The notes under the pieces: model-generated
Database searches by the model: none
What the model was told of the DNA's origin: nothing
What the model saw: only the letters and a program-made list of their open reading frames with translations
Translations under genes and position numbers: made by a program
In this document: positions 20,658-29,943 of the stretch, one piece after another
Numbering within the stretch: position 1 is the stretch's first letter
Layout: each line of letters opens with the position of its first letter
From: Gemmatimonadota bacterium
Lineage (GTDB): Bacteria > Gemmatimonadota > Gemmatimonadetes > Gemmatimonadales > Gemmatimonadaceae
Assembly: GCA_040389905.1 (NCBI GenBank)
Contig: JAZJZK010000049.1
Location: forward strand, 1-57,964
DNA: 57,964 nucleotides
Reading direction: 5' to 3'

Positions 20658-21335
20658 CTACCGTTTGTCCGCCGCGCCGAGGATCGGCCGCATGAGCTTC
20701 GCACGAATCAGGTAGCCGGCGTGATTGGGATGCACGCGATCCTCGACCCAGAGGTCTTCGCGCGGTTTGCCATCGGCGGTCAGCAACGCATCCCACAAGT
20801 CGATGAAGAAGAGCCCGCGCTGCGTTTGCACATAGGCCTTGATGAGCGCGTTCGTCGCTTTGCGCGGCACCGCCTCATCCCAGCGCCCAGGGCCCGGCGT
20901 GATCCCTGAGTATGCGATCGGCACGTTGGGGAAACGCGCACGCGCCTTGGCCACGAAGGACTTGAAGTCCGCGAGAATGGTGTCGGGACTCCGTCCGTTG
21001 TGCACGTCGTTGCCACCGGCGTGCAGCACGATCATGCGCGGCGCGTATGGGACCACCAGACGATCGGCAAAGTGAAGCACGTCGGAGACCTGCATCGCGT
21101 CCACGCCACGATTCACGATCGTGTATTCAGGTAGGTCTTCGTGCAGCGTTGACCACCTGAAGAACTGCGAATCACCGATGAGGAGAATCGCGCCGCGCGG
21201 CGGCGCCTCGCGGCGGTCGGCTGCCTCGTAGTCGGCGACGTTCTTCTCGAACCGGTTGGTCGCGGGCACTGTCTGTGCGTCGACACGCCCGGCCAACGAG
21301 AGGGCGACGCATAGTGTGGCAAACGCTGCGCGCAT
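20658..21335 (-). CDS. GDSL/SGNH hydrolase, exported
   Basis: Signal peptide, IGDS, NRG, GGND, DRVHPN. Confidence 0.9.
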   Translation of the reverse strand: MRAAFATLCVALSLAGRVDAQTVPATNRFEKNVADYEAADRREAPPRGAILLIGDSQFFRWSTLHEDLPEYTIVNRGVDAMQVSDVLHFADRLVVPYAPRMIVLHAGGNDVHNGRSPDTILADFKSFVAKARARFPNVPIAYSGITPGPGRWDEAVPRKATNALIKAYVQTQRGLFFIDLWDALLTADGKPREDLWVEDRVHPNHAGYLIRAKLMRPILGAADKR

Positions 21336-21339
21336 GTAT

Positions 21340-21777
21340 CTAAGCCTGTTTCGGATACTCGTGATTGAACATCCAGCTTACACCGAACTTGTCGACGATG
21401 CAGCCGAAATACGCACCCCAGAACATGTCCATCAGCGGCATCGTCACCGTACCGCCCTCACCCAGCGCGGCAAAGAGCCGGTTCGCTTCGTCGACACTCT
21501 CACAGTCAATGCTGATCGAGAAGTTATTCCCCGGCCGGAAGGGAGGTGTTTCCATGCCGGGCGTGTGTGAGTCCGCAGGTGGCGTGTCCGACGCCATGAG
21601 AATGGCACCACCGACGGTCAGCCGTGCGTGAACGATGCGTTCTTCCGCGCCGGGGATCGGCACACCGGCCTCTCCGAATGTCTGGATCATCATCTCTGCG
21701 CCGAGGCACTGCTGGTAGAACGTCATCGCCTCGCGGGTGTTGCCGTCGAAGTTCAAGTAGGTGTGCAGCCCTTTCAT
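21340..21777 (-). CDS. VOC/PhnB-like glyoxalase family protein
   Basis: YLNFDGNTREAMTFY, HARL, FWGAYFGCIVDKFGVSW. Confidence 0.92.
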   Translation of the reverse strand: MKGLHTYLNFDGNTREAMTFYQQCLGAEMMIQTFGEAGVPIPGAEERIVHARLTVGGAILMASDTPPADSHTPGMETPPFRPGNNFSISIDCESVDEANRLFAALGEGGTVTMPLMDMFWGAYFGCIVDKFGVSWMFNHEYPKQA

Positions 21778-21803
21778 GCAATCACTCCTCGGATGTGATC
21801 CCG

Positions 21804-22217
21804 TCAAAAACTCGCGCGAACATCGGTCACCATTCGGAGAACCGACTCCTGCGCAAATCGCGTCTTGTACGTGTCCATGACGTGTTGCACGCGCGCTTCG
21901 ACATCGGGCGTCACCAAGTGCAGCAACTCGACCACGAAGCTGCGTTCTTTCGTAAGGCTGCCATCGGGCGCGCGCCACTGGCCGAACGCTTCCCACACCG
22001 TGGATCCTTCTGGAAATGCCGGCGTCAGCACTTCCCTCACGAACTGGGCCCACGAGGAATCGCTCACGACGCCGGTGTCCCTGATGTTGCGACCGAAATA
22101 CAAGCGCTCCAAGTGGGCCGCCTTGAGGCCGTCGCTGCGAGGAAGCGAGACGCACCCGTGGGCCACGAGCATGAGCGCGACGAGCACGAAGCCGAGAATT
22201 CGACGGTGAGGTCTCAC
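21804..22217 (-). CDS. DUF3574 family lipoprotein
   Basis: Lipobox-like AHGC; LYFGR, FVREVLTPAFPEG, GQWR, YKTRFAQESVLR. Confidence 0.85.
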   Translation of the reverse strand: MRPHRRILGFVLVALMLVAHGCVSLPRSDGLKAAHLERLYFGRNIRDTGVVSDSSWAQFVREVLTPAFPEGSTVWEAFGQWRAPDGSLTKERSFVVELLHLVTPDVEARVQHVMDTYKTRFAQESVLRMVTDVRASF

Positions 22218-22285
22218 GGTGTGGCAATACTGTCGTCACGACGGTTCCTGCGCTACCTCCAGACCTACCTACTGAGCCATCAGCC

Positions 22286-22325
22286 AGGCTCGTAGCTCCG
22301 ACTCGAGCTCAAGCTTGCAGCTCGT
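22286..22325. repeat. Partial family B (GAGCT) repeat, reverse orientation
   Basis: TAGCTCCGACTCGAGCTC is the reverse complement of GAGCTCGAGTCGGAGCTA found in both full copies. Confidence 0.65.
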
Positions 22326-22366
22326 TCCTGGCACCCACGCGATCCTCGTCAACCCGCTCCGGATAT

Positions 22367-22402
22367 GGAAAAACCCCACCAGTCCACCGGTGGGGTTCTT
22401 CC
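22367..22402 (-). terminator. Rho-independent terminator
   Basis: AACCCCACC-loop-GGTGGGGTT stem followed by a T-run on the minus strand, downstream of the VPS10-like gene. Confidence 0.8.
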
Positions 22403-22436
22403 GTATCACGAACCGCGTGCCGCAATCACTCGCGCA

Positions 22437-25400
22437 TCACCTGCTCGGCGTGCGAACGACGTACGGACTGGCTTGCGCCTTCGGGAAAATGCCGCCGTTC
22501 AGATTCTCCTGCTCCTCGTCCTCGTCGTCCGGCAGCTCCGTCGGGTATTCACCCATCCCGGAGCGTTCAACGCGGAAGGTCTGCTTATAAGTCTGGCCGC
22601 CCGCCGTCATCGTGACGACATACGTACCGGCATCGACGGCTCCGGCGCCGCCTCCCCCGAAGCCACCACCGCCGCCGCCACGACCGCCCGCTGTCGGAGG
22701 CTTCATACCGATGATGTCCCAGATCTTTTGCTGCGATGCGTCGACGGCACCACCGCGGCCGCCACCTCCACCGCCGCCACCACCACCGCCCCCTTCACCA
22801 CCAGCGGTTGAGTCCGCGCCTGCTGCGCCGCCGCGACCACCGCGACCAGCAGCGGGCGTCGGTTCTGCCGGACGGGCACAGAACGTCTCCCACTGCGTCA
22901 CCGGATGCTCGCAGCCGGCATTTCCGCCGCGACCGCCACCACCACCACCGCCGCCGCCGCCTCGGCCACCGAAGCCCGCTCCAGCGGCCGGCGGATTGTT
23001 GGCCAGGTTGACGATTCGGCGCACTGCGCCGAGCGCCATGGAGTCGTATCCGGCCTTCTGCAATGAATCGAGTACCGTGGGAGCGCGATTGCGAAGAATG
23101 ATGCTATCGCGCTTCTGCGACGGAGAGAGCTCCGCGCGGGGCGCCGGGGCGCCTTGATACGTCCAGTTGACGGTATGCACGCCCGGCGTGCCGATGCCGT
23201 TCGCCGAGAATAGCTGGGTGCCGCCAGCATCGCTGACCGTGATGCGAACCGGACCGGTGACCGCGTCCTTGAACCGGTAGTGGATCTGCGCACCGTACGC
23301 CGGAGCCGGGATCACGAGAAGGTGCTGCCCCCACCCGTTGCCTGGTACGCCGAGTGCAGGCCCTTCACCCCATTGAATCGCCGTCTTCGGCTGGTAAAGC
23401 GTCGCGGCATCCGCGAGGTTCTTTGGCGTCATCTGCTCGAGCGCCGCAACGTCCACGAACCAGATACCGCGCCCGTGTGTCGCGACCATGACTTCGCGAT
23501 CGCGCGGATGAATCTTCAGGTCGTAGATCGGCGTGCTCGGAAGGCCTGTCGCGAACTTCGTCCATGACCGTCCGCGATCGACGGAGGCATAGACGCTGAG
23601 CGACGATCCCACGAAGAGCAAATCACGGTTCCGCGGATCCTCACGAATGACGCGCAGGTAGTCCGCCGGACTCTCCTTCGGAAGATTGTTGACGATCGAC
23701 CGGAACGTCTTGCCGCCATCCTCCGTCACGTATAAGTACGGCGTAAAGTCGTTCCAGCGATGATTGTCGAAGGCAACGTAGAAGGTCAGCGTATCGAAGT
23801 GCGACGGCTCGACACGACCGACGTACACGTCCTTGCTCGGCAAGCCGGCGAACCGATCGCTGAGGTTTTCCCACGTGCCGCCATCGTTGTGCGTCAGCCA
23901 CACGTTGCCGTCATCGGTGCCGGCGATGAGCAGGCCTGGCTTCACGTACGACTCGGCGAGCGCGACCACGGTGCCGTACGTCTCCGCGCCGGTAACATCA
24001 GGTGTGACGCCGCCGGTGAGCGTCATCGCCGTGTCCATGCGTGCCTTCATCTGCTTCGACAGGTCACCGGAGATGGCGAACATCTCTTCGCCACGCTTGA
24101 GCGACTTGAAGACCTTGTTGCCGCCGAGGTAGAACACCGTGGGATTGTGCGGCGACAGGAAGAAGGGTGTGTTCCAGTTGAAGCGTGTCGTGAGGTCGAT
24201 CGAATCCTTCTTCTGACTCGCGCGCAGCACGTCGAGCTTTTTCTGGAGGTCCTTCGAGACGGGTTGGAGCGGGTCGCCGCGCGTGACCGCAAGCGAATCC
24301 TCCCACTGGCGGTAGCGCTCTTGCCAGCTCGGCTTCACGACGCGGAGTTGCTGCCCGGTCTTGAGATTCCGCCCCTGCACCCCACCGCCCTGGCTTTCGC
24401 CCCACACCCAGTCGCCGTCGGGATCCTGCGCGGTGTAAAACCCATCACCGCCGGAGATCGTGCGCCAGAAGGAGTTGTTCACGCCCGTCTTGTTGCGGCT
24501 TGGGCCGCACCAGGCACCGTTGTCCTGCGCACCGGCGCAGACATTGTACGGCACCTGCATGTCGTAGCTGATTTCGTAGAACTGCCCAAGGGGAAGATTC
24601 ATCGGGTAGATGAAGTTGCCGCCCTTGTCGAACGTGATCGCGATGCCGCCATCGTTCGCGAGCGCCCAGCGCTCGGGGTCGTTCGGATCGATCCAGATAC
24701 CGTGGTCGTCCACGTGGACGCCCTGTGCGGCATTGCGCGTGGTCTTTCCGCCGTCGTCCGACACCTGAAGCTCGGTCGACGAGTAGTACACGCGATCGGG
24801 ATTCTTCGGGTCTACCCGGACCTGCGAATAGTAGAACGGACGAACGTTGACCGTGCTGGTGCGAACCCAGGTCTTTCCCGCATCGGCCGAGCGATACAAT
24901 CCGTTCGCCTGCGGGCGCTGGCCCATCTTGAAGTCCTTGGTGGGCTCGAGCGAATACGCCTCGGTCAATGCGTACATGACGTCTGGATTGCTCGCTGCGA
25001 TCGCGAGGCCAATACGGCCCTTGAGTCCCTCCGGATATCCGTTGCCCTTGATCTCCGTCCACGTTTTGCCTGCATCCGTGGACTTCCAGAGGGCGCTCCC
25101 GGGGCCGCCGCTATTGAGCGAGTACGGCGTGCGATAGCGCTCCCAGCTCGACGCAAAGACGACGTCCGGATTTCTCGGATCGAGCGTCACGTCGACGAAG
25201 CCGGCGCGCGGACTGATGAACTTGGACATCGTCCACGTCTTGCCGCCGTCGATCGTCTTGTACAGTCCGCGCTCGGGATTCGACTTCCACGCCGCGCCGA
25301 GCGCGGCGACATAGACGACGTTCTTGTCGCGTGGGTCGATGACGATGCGCCCGATGTGCTGCGTCTTCTCGAGGCCCATCAACGTCCAGGAGTTTCCGCC

Positions 25401-25796
25401 GTCGGTGGACTTGTAGACGCCGGCGCCTGGCTCGATGCTATTCCGCGAGTTCGGCTCTCCGGTGCCGAACCAGACGGTGTTGGTATCGCTCGGCGCAATG
25501 GCAAGCGGACCTCCCGACGCGATGTTCTTGTCGTCGAACAGCGGACGCCATGTCACGCCATTGTTGGTGGTCTTCCAGACGCCGCCGGCCGCAGAGCCCA
25601 CATACAACGTCTTCGACGGACCCGGAATACCGACCACGTCGGTAAGCCGTCCCATGAAGTTGGCGGGACCGACGGTTCGCCACTTGAAGCCCGCAACAGT
25701 GGCGGAGTCGAGCGTTTGCGCGGAAAGGATCGAGGTGCCGCTCGCGAGGACGAGAGCACCCCAGAGGAGGACAGTGCGTGTTCGTTGCATGCGCAT
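22437..25796 (-). CDS. Exported VPS10/sortilin-like BNR-repeat beta-propeller protein (glycosyl hydrolase-like)
   Basis: Signal peptide; WRTVGPANFMGR, many S/TxDGGKTW BNR repeats, ATHGRG; Gly/Arg-rich C-terminal inserts. Confidence 0.88.
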   Translation of the reverse strand: MRMQRTRTVLLWGALVLASGTSILSAQTLDSATVAGFKWRTVGPANFMGRLTDVVGIPGPSKTLYVGSAAGGVWKTTNNGVTWRPLFDDKNIASGGPLAIAPSDTNTVWFGTGEPNSRNSIEPGAGVYKSTDGGNSWTLMGLEKTQHIGRIVIDPRDKNVVYVAALGAAWKSNPERGLYKTIDGGKTWTMSKFISPRAGFVDVTLDPRNPDVVFASSWERYRTPYSLNSGGPGSALWKSTDAGKTWTEIKGNGYPEGLKGRIGLAIAASNPDVMYALTEAYSLEPTKDFKMGQRPQANGLYRSADAGKTWVRTSTVNVRPFYYSQVRVDPKNPDRVYYSSTELQVSDDGGKTTRNAAQGVHVDDHGIWIDPNDPERWALANDGGIAITFDKGGNFIYPMNLPLGQFYEISYDMQVPYNVCAGAQDNGAWCGPSRNKTGVNNSFWRTISGGDGFYTAQDPDGDWVWGESQGGGVQGRNLKTGQQLRVVKPSWQERYRQWEDSLAVTRGDPLQPVSKDLQKKLDVLRASQKKDSIDLTTRFNWNTPFFLSPHNPTVFYLGGNKVFKSLKRGEEMFAISGDLSKQMKARMDTAMTLTGGVTPDVTGAETYGTVVALAESYVKPGLLIAGTDDGNVWLTHNDGGTWENLSDRFAGLPSKDVYVGRVEPSHFDTLTFYVAFDNHRWNDFTPYLYVTEDGGKTFRSIVNNLPKESPADYLRVIREDPRNRDLLFVGSSLSVYASVDRGRSWTKFATGLPSTPIYDLKIHPRDREVMVATHGRGIWFVDVAALEQMTPKNLADAATLYQPKTAIQWGEGPALGVPGNGWGQHLLVIPAPAYGAQIHYRFKDAVTGPVRITVSDAGGTQLFSANGIGTPGVHTVNWTYQGAPAPRAELSPSQKRDSIILRNRAPTVLDSLQKAGYDSMALGAVRRIVNLANNPPAAGAGFGGRGGGGGGGGGGRGGNAGCEHPVTQWETFCARPAEPTPAAGRGGRGGAAGADSTAGGEGGGGGGGGGGGGRGGAVDASQQKIWDIIGMKPPTAGGRGGGGGGFGGGGAGAVDAGTYVVTMTAGGQTYKQTFRVERSGMGEYPTELPDDEDEEQENLNGGIFPKAQASPYVVRTPSR

Positions 25797-25949
25797 CTTG
25801 GGAGATGAGAGGAAGGTCCGTGCGAATCCTGTCATGACGGGGTCTGGCGTGGGACGTCTACCGACATTGAAAGTACGTATCTGTGACCAGCGTCGTTGCT
25901 TCCGCGTCGAGTCATCGCCGGCGACGTTTATTCGTCCGGTCATTTGTAC

Positions 25950-25968
25950 ATGAACAAGAGATGAACAA
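25950..25968 (+). promoter_or_regulatory. Tandem direct repeat ATGAACAA-N3-ATGAACAA, putative response-regulator box
   Basis: Two perfect 8-mers with 11-bp period upstream of a TAGATT -10-like hexamer and the flavinylation operon. Confidence 0.5.
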
Positions 25969-26034
25969 ACGTTCGCGCGGCGTCACGTTCATAGATAGTA
26001 GATTCGTGACACCTCCAAACAGCAATCGCCTCCC

Positions 26035-26736
26035 GTGAATCCCAAGGACCGGCTGACCAGCAGCAAACTCGTCGCACTCGGCGCAGCGGCCGTCATGTCG
26101 GTGTACTCCGCTGGCTACGCGCGCACGCGCACAGCCGCGGAGCGGTTCGCTGGCGGCGATACGGAGCGCCGAGCGCCCACCCATACCGACGTGGACGGCG
26201 AGCGTGCCGCCCAGGTGCGAGCCCCGGAACCGGCGGCGTCGCCCGCGCCGGTTGCGACCGAAAGCATCGCACAAAACGTGTCGCGCGCGGTGGAGCCTGC
26301 CGTCGGCGACGCGCGGACCAAGCGCGACTCGCAAACCACGGTCACGCCGAGCCAGACAGCGGTGGTTGCCGCGCTACCGACTCCCGCTCCGAGTGTGGAC
26401 ACGGCACGCACTCCGGAAGTGACGCCGGCGCCCGCTCCTGAAGCGCCTGCGCCAAAACAGGAAGCGCCGCGCCCGCAGCTAGCGGACGGCACGTTCACGG
26501 GATACGGCACCTCGCGACACGGCGACATCGAAGCCACAGTCGAGATCAAGAACGGCCGCATCACCGCGGCGTCCATCTCGCAATGCCTCACCCGCTACTC
26601 GTGCTCCTGGATCTCGGCGCTGCCGGGTCAGGTCGTCGCTCGGCAGAGTGCGGAAGTCGACTATGTGTCGGGTGCGACGCAGAGTACCAACGCGTTCTAC
26701 TACGCGGTCGTGGAAGCACTCAAGAAAGCGAAGTGA
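26035..26736 (+). CDS. FMN-binding domain protein (flavinylation substrate)
   Basis: N-terminal anchor, Pro/Ala linker, DGTFTG...HGDIEATVEIKNGRI, VDYVSGATQST flavinylation motif. Confidence 0.9.
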   Translation: MNPKDRLTSSKLVALGAAAVMSVYSAGYARTRTAAERFAGGDTERRAPTHTDVDGERAAQVRAPEPAASPAPVATESIAQNVSRAVEPAVGDARTKRDSQTTVTPSQTAVVAALPTPAPSVDTARTPEVTPAPAPEAPAPKQEAPRPQLADGTFTGYGTSRHGDIEATVEIKNGRITAASISQCLTRYSCSWISALPGQVVARQSAEVDYVSGATQSTNAFYYAVVEALKKAK

Positions 26737-27680
26737 CTGACTCGTACGTCCATACGGCGGCGTTCATGGGGACGGTCGTCACATTCCATGTCGTTGGGAC
26801 GGGATTGCGGGACAGCGGTGCGCGGGAGGATGCGGTGGCGCGCGCGGCCGACTGGTTTCGGTGCATCGAACACGCGTGTTCTCGCTTCGATCCCGCGAGC
26901 GAGCTACGGCAGCTTTCGGCGAGGACCGGCGTCCCGACGCCCGTCAGCGCGATGCTGTTCGAGGCCATTCGTTTTGCGCTGGCGATCGCCGAGGAAACCG
27001 GCGGCGCGTTCGATCCCACGGTCGGTGCATCGGTCGAGGCGATGGGCTTTGACACCGATTTCCGCTCGGGCACGGTCACGCAGTCGGATGCGTCGCGGCG
27101 CGACGCCGATTTCCGCGATGTCCTCCTCGATACCGACGCGCGTACCGTCCTGCTGCGGCGTCCGCTGACCTTCGATCTCGGTGCCATCGCAAAGGGGCTC
27201 GCGATCGACGTCGCTGCTCGCGAACTGCGGGCCTTCGAGAACTTTGCCATCGACGCAGGCGGAGATCTTTATCTGGCCGGTTGCAACGCGGAGGGTCGCC
27301 CATGGTCGATCGGAATTCGACACCCCCACATCGCACACGAGACGATCGAGACCGTGCACCTGTCCAACAAGGCGATCTGCACCTCGGGAGACTATGAGCG
27401 GCGCTCGCACCGCTCAGCGACCGATCACCACATTGTGGACGGGCGCTCGCGAGCCACAGCGACAGCGTTGGCGAGCGCCACCGTCGTGGCCGAGTCTGCC
27501 ATGGTTGCCGACGCATTTGCCACGGCCGCGTTCATACTTGGCCCGATCGAAGGCCTTCGCTTGCTGGAACGTCACGGCCTCGACGGCCTACTCATCTCTC
27601 CGGCACTCGATCGTTTCGCCACGGCCGGTATGAGCGCGCTCGTATCGAGGAGCGACGCAGAATCACTGCGCAGCGCATGA
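26733..27680 (+). CDS. apbE: FAD:protein FMN transferase
   Basis: MGT, SRFDPASEL, GAFDPTVG, DLGAIAKG, DAGGD, TSGDYER, HHIVD, ADAFATA. Confidence 0.93.
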   Translation: MTDSYVHTAAFMGTVVTFHVVGTGLRDSGAREDAVARAADWFRCIEHACSRFDPASELRQLSARTGVPTPVSAMLFEAIRFALAIAEETGGAFDPTVGASVEAMGFDTDFRSGTVTQSDASRRDADFRDVLLDTDARTVLLRRPLTFDLGAIAKGLAIDVAARELRAFENFAIDAGGDLYLAGCNAEGRPWSIGIRHPHIAHETIETVHLSNKAICTSGDYERRSHRSATDHHIVDGRSRATATALASATVVAESAMVADAFATAAFILGPIEGLRLLERHGLDGLLISPALDRFATAGMSALVSRSDAESLRSA

Positions 27681-28492
27681 ACGCACGACGGTTCTTCCGC
27701 ACACCAAAGGGATTGCTCGTTGTCATTCTCACGCTCCTGACGGCCCTGGCTGCGTCCGCCGAGGGGTACGCGCGTGTGGCACCGGGACTCGTGGGAGCGA
27801 TCGGGATTGCCATGGTGATCGATGCGCCCCTGCTCCGGTGGCGGCGCGGGCGCTGGCACTTCCCAAGCGGCGCGCTATTGAGTGCGCTGATCGTCGCCAT
27901 GATTCTGAGCCCGCACGAACCGTGGTATGTCACGACGATCACATCCGCCGTCGCAGTGCTGAGCAAATATCCATTGCGTGCGCGAACGGCGAATGTCTTC
28001 AATCCGGCAGCGTTCGCGCTCGTCGCGACATTCTATCCGTTCCACACCGCGCAGAGCTGGTGGGGCGCGCTTCCCGAGTCCGCACCCGCGCTGCTCATCG
28101 TCCTGTTCGCGACGGGCGGCTATATCACGTACAAGGTGAACAAGATTCCGGTGGTGCTGTCGTTCCTCGGTGTCTACTTCCTGCTGGCGACGTTGAACGC
28201 ATTCGCGGGCGACGCGGCCGGTGTCGCCGAATTATTCCGGACGCCCGATGTGAATGCGGCGCTCTTTTTCGCGTTCTTCATGGTCACCGATCCACCGACG
28301 TCACCACCGAAGACGCGCGACCAATTGATCTTTGGTGCGATCACCGGAGTGAGTGCGTACGCCGCGTTCGCACTGATCGGCGCAGCGTACTTTCTCCTCG
28401 CCGGATTGCTCGTCGCGAATGGGTGGGAAGCCTGGCGACGCATCAAGGCGCCGCGCGGTGCGAAGCTCGCCGCTACTTCAGCGCAACCTTGA
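27677..28492 (+). CDS. RnfD/NqrB-like membrane protein
   Basis: Multi-TM; SKY...NVFNPAAF, FFMVTDPPTSP typical of the NQR2/RnfD/RnfE family. Confidence 0.88.
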   Translation: MNARRFFRTPKGLLVVILTLLTALAASAEGYARVAPGLVGAIGIAMVIDAPLLRWRRGRWHFPSGALLSALIVAMILSPHEPWYVTTITSAVAVLSKYPLRARTANVFNPAAFALVATFYPFHTAQSWWGALPESAPALLIVLFATGGYITYKVNKIPVVLSFLGVYFLLATLNAFAGDAAGVAELFRTPDVNAALFFAFFMVTDPPTSPPKTRDQLIFGAITGVSAYAAFALIGAAYFLLAGLLVANGWEAWRRIKAPRGAKLAATSAQP

Positions 28493-29222
28493 GATTCGTC
28501 TCATGCGCCGCGAGTTGCAGGAGCCGAATCGTCGCCTCGGGTGTGCTCAACGTGCGCCCGTTTACCACTGCCTTGGCCGGTAAGAGACGCGCGTCTTTCC
28601 CCGTGAACTGCTCGTACATCACCGCCGCGGCGAGGTAAGTGCCGAGTTCGGATGGATGCAGTCCGTCGCCGTTGTAGAGCGGCAGGAGCGCGTCCTTGTC
28701 CCACGCCGCCAGCCATGCTGCGCCGACCGGGAGATAGACGCCAGTTACCGACTCAGCCGCCAAGCGATACGACTCGATCGCTCGCTCGAAGGTGGAGAAG
28801 TTCGAGTACTGCGGCCACACGCTATAGAGCGCCGTCTTTCCGCCAACCGCCCGGATCGCCGCGTCGAACAGCTTCGTCATGAGAATCAGGCTGTCGCGGT
28901 TGATCTGTACCGACGACGGGCCCTGCTGAAGGACGACGTATTTCCAGCCGCCCGTCTTGATTGCGGCCATCGCGTTCCCCGGCGCGAGATGATCGACCAG
29001 CGCGAAGTCGGGATAGGCGACCTCTGCAACCTGCACGGTGTCGCCTGATGTCAGCGCCAGATCAGCCAGGGTTCGCGGGAGTTCATTCACATACGTGAGG
29101 CTGTTGCCGATGAACAGCACGTGCATGCCGCCGGGCGGCAGCGGAGTAAGTGCCGCTTCACCCGATAGACAGCCAAGCAGTCCCGCGGCGAGCGCGAACA
29201 GCATGATGAATCTCGTCTTCAT
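28473..29222 (-). CDS. SGNH-like hydrolase, probable lipoprotein (paralog 1)
   Basis: LLGC lipobox-like; VLFIGNSLTYVN, VVLQQGPS, DGLHPS. Confidence 0.85.
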   Translation of the reverse strand: MKTRFIMLFALAAGLLGCLSGEAALTPLPPGGMHVLFIGNSLTYVNELPRTLADLALTSGDTVQVAEVAYPDFALVDHLAPGNAMAAIKTGGWKYVVLQQGPSSVQINRDSLILMTKLFDAAIRAVGGKTALYSVWPQYSNFSTFERAIESYRLAAESVTGVYLPVGAAWLAAWDKDALLPLYNGDGLHPSELGTYLAAAVMYEQFTGKDARLLPAKAVVNGRTLSTPEATIRLLQLAAHETNLKVALK

Positions 29223-29228
29223 GAAGTC

Positions 29229-29942
29229 TTACGGTTTCTTCCTGGTGGGCTCGGGCGGAACAACGGGACTCTCGAGGCGAAATCGGAAGCGCTGTTCGGA
29301 GATCTGCCGCACCGCGGTCGCACCTTGCTTCGCGGGCCGGAAGCGCATCCTCGGCATGACGTCGCGCACTGCCTGTGCGAACTCCGGGTTTGTGGCTTCG
29401 AGCACCTCGACGCTGGCGAGATCGATCAGACCAGTAGAGTCCACAACGAAGCGCAGTGACGCATATCCCTCGATGCCCTTCTTCCGAAGCTCGGGCGGGT
29501 AGTCCGGACCAGCGCTCCGTTCGTCGCGCATGGCCACCGAGTCGACTTCCGTGTAGGTAAACGCGTGCTCTTCCGCTGCTGCTTGCTCGATCGGCTGCAC
29601 CGGACGGTCGGCCTCGTCGCGATCACCGGCGCCGCTGGTGTCACGCTCGATCGCGCGGACTTCGTGTTTCCGCACGGCGTCAACGCCGGCGCTCATTCCA
29701 CCGCCCAGCGCCGACACGTAGTGCACGCGCTCTCCGCCGGGGCTGGCCACTTCGGGCATCGGTGGCAGCAGGTACCGGAGCGCCGTCGTCACGAAATTCG
29801 TCTCGGCGTCGCTCTTCCACAGATCGTCCGGCGCCACGATGAGCATGGCAATCATCGCTGCGTGGATCGTGGTGCTGAACGCCACGACGGCAAGCGACAC
29901 CTCGCTCCGCACTGGGAGGCGCCATGGGGATCGGGAGAGCAA
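29229..29942 (-). CDS. Energy transducer TonB family protein
   Basis: N-terminal TM with STTIH, C-terminal PDYPPELRKKGIEG...FVVDSTG...FRPAK; start uncertain. Confidence 0.85.
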   Translation of the reverse strand: MLSRSPWRLPVRSEVSLAVVAFSTTIHAAMIAMLIVAPDDLWKSDAETNFVTTALRYLLPPMPEVASPGGERVHYVSALGGGMSAGVDAVRKHEVRAIERDTSGAGDRDEADRPVQPIEQAAAEEHAFTYTEVDSVAMRDERSAGPDYPPELRKKGIEGYASLRFVVDSTGLIDLASVEVLEATNPEFAQAVRDVMPRMRFRPAKQGATAVRQISEQRFRFRLESPVVPPEPTRKKP

Positions 29943-29943
29943 G

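Noticed and set aside
27677..28492. A complete Rnf or Na+-NQR complex
   Set aside because: Only one RnfD/NqrB-like subunit is present, with no RnfABCE or NqrADEF genes in the window.
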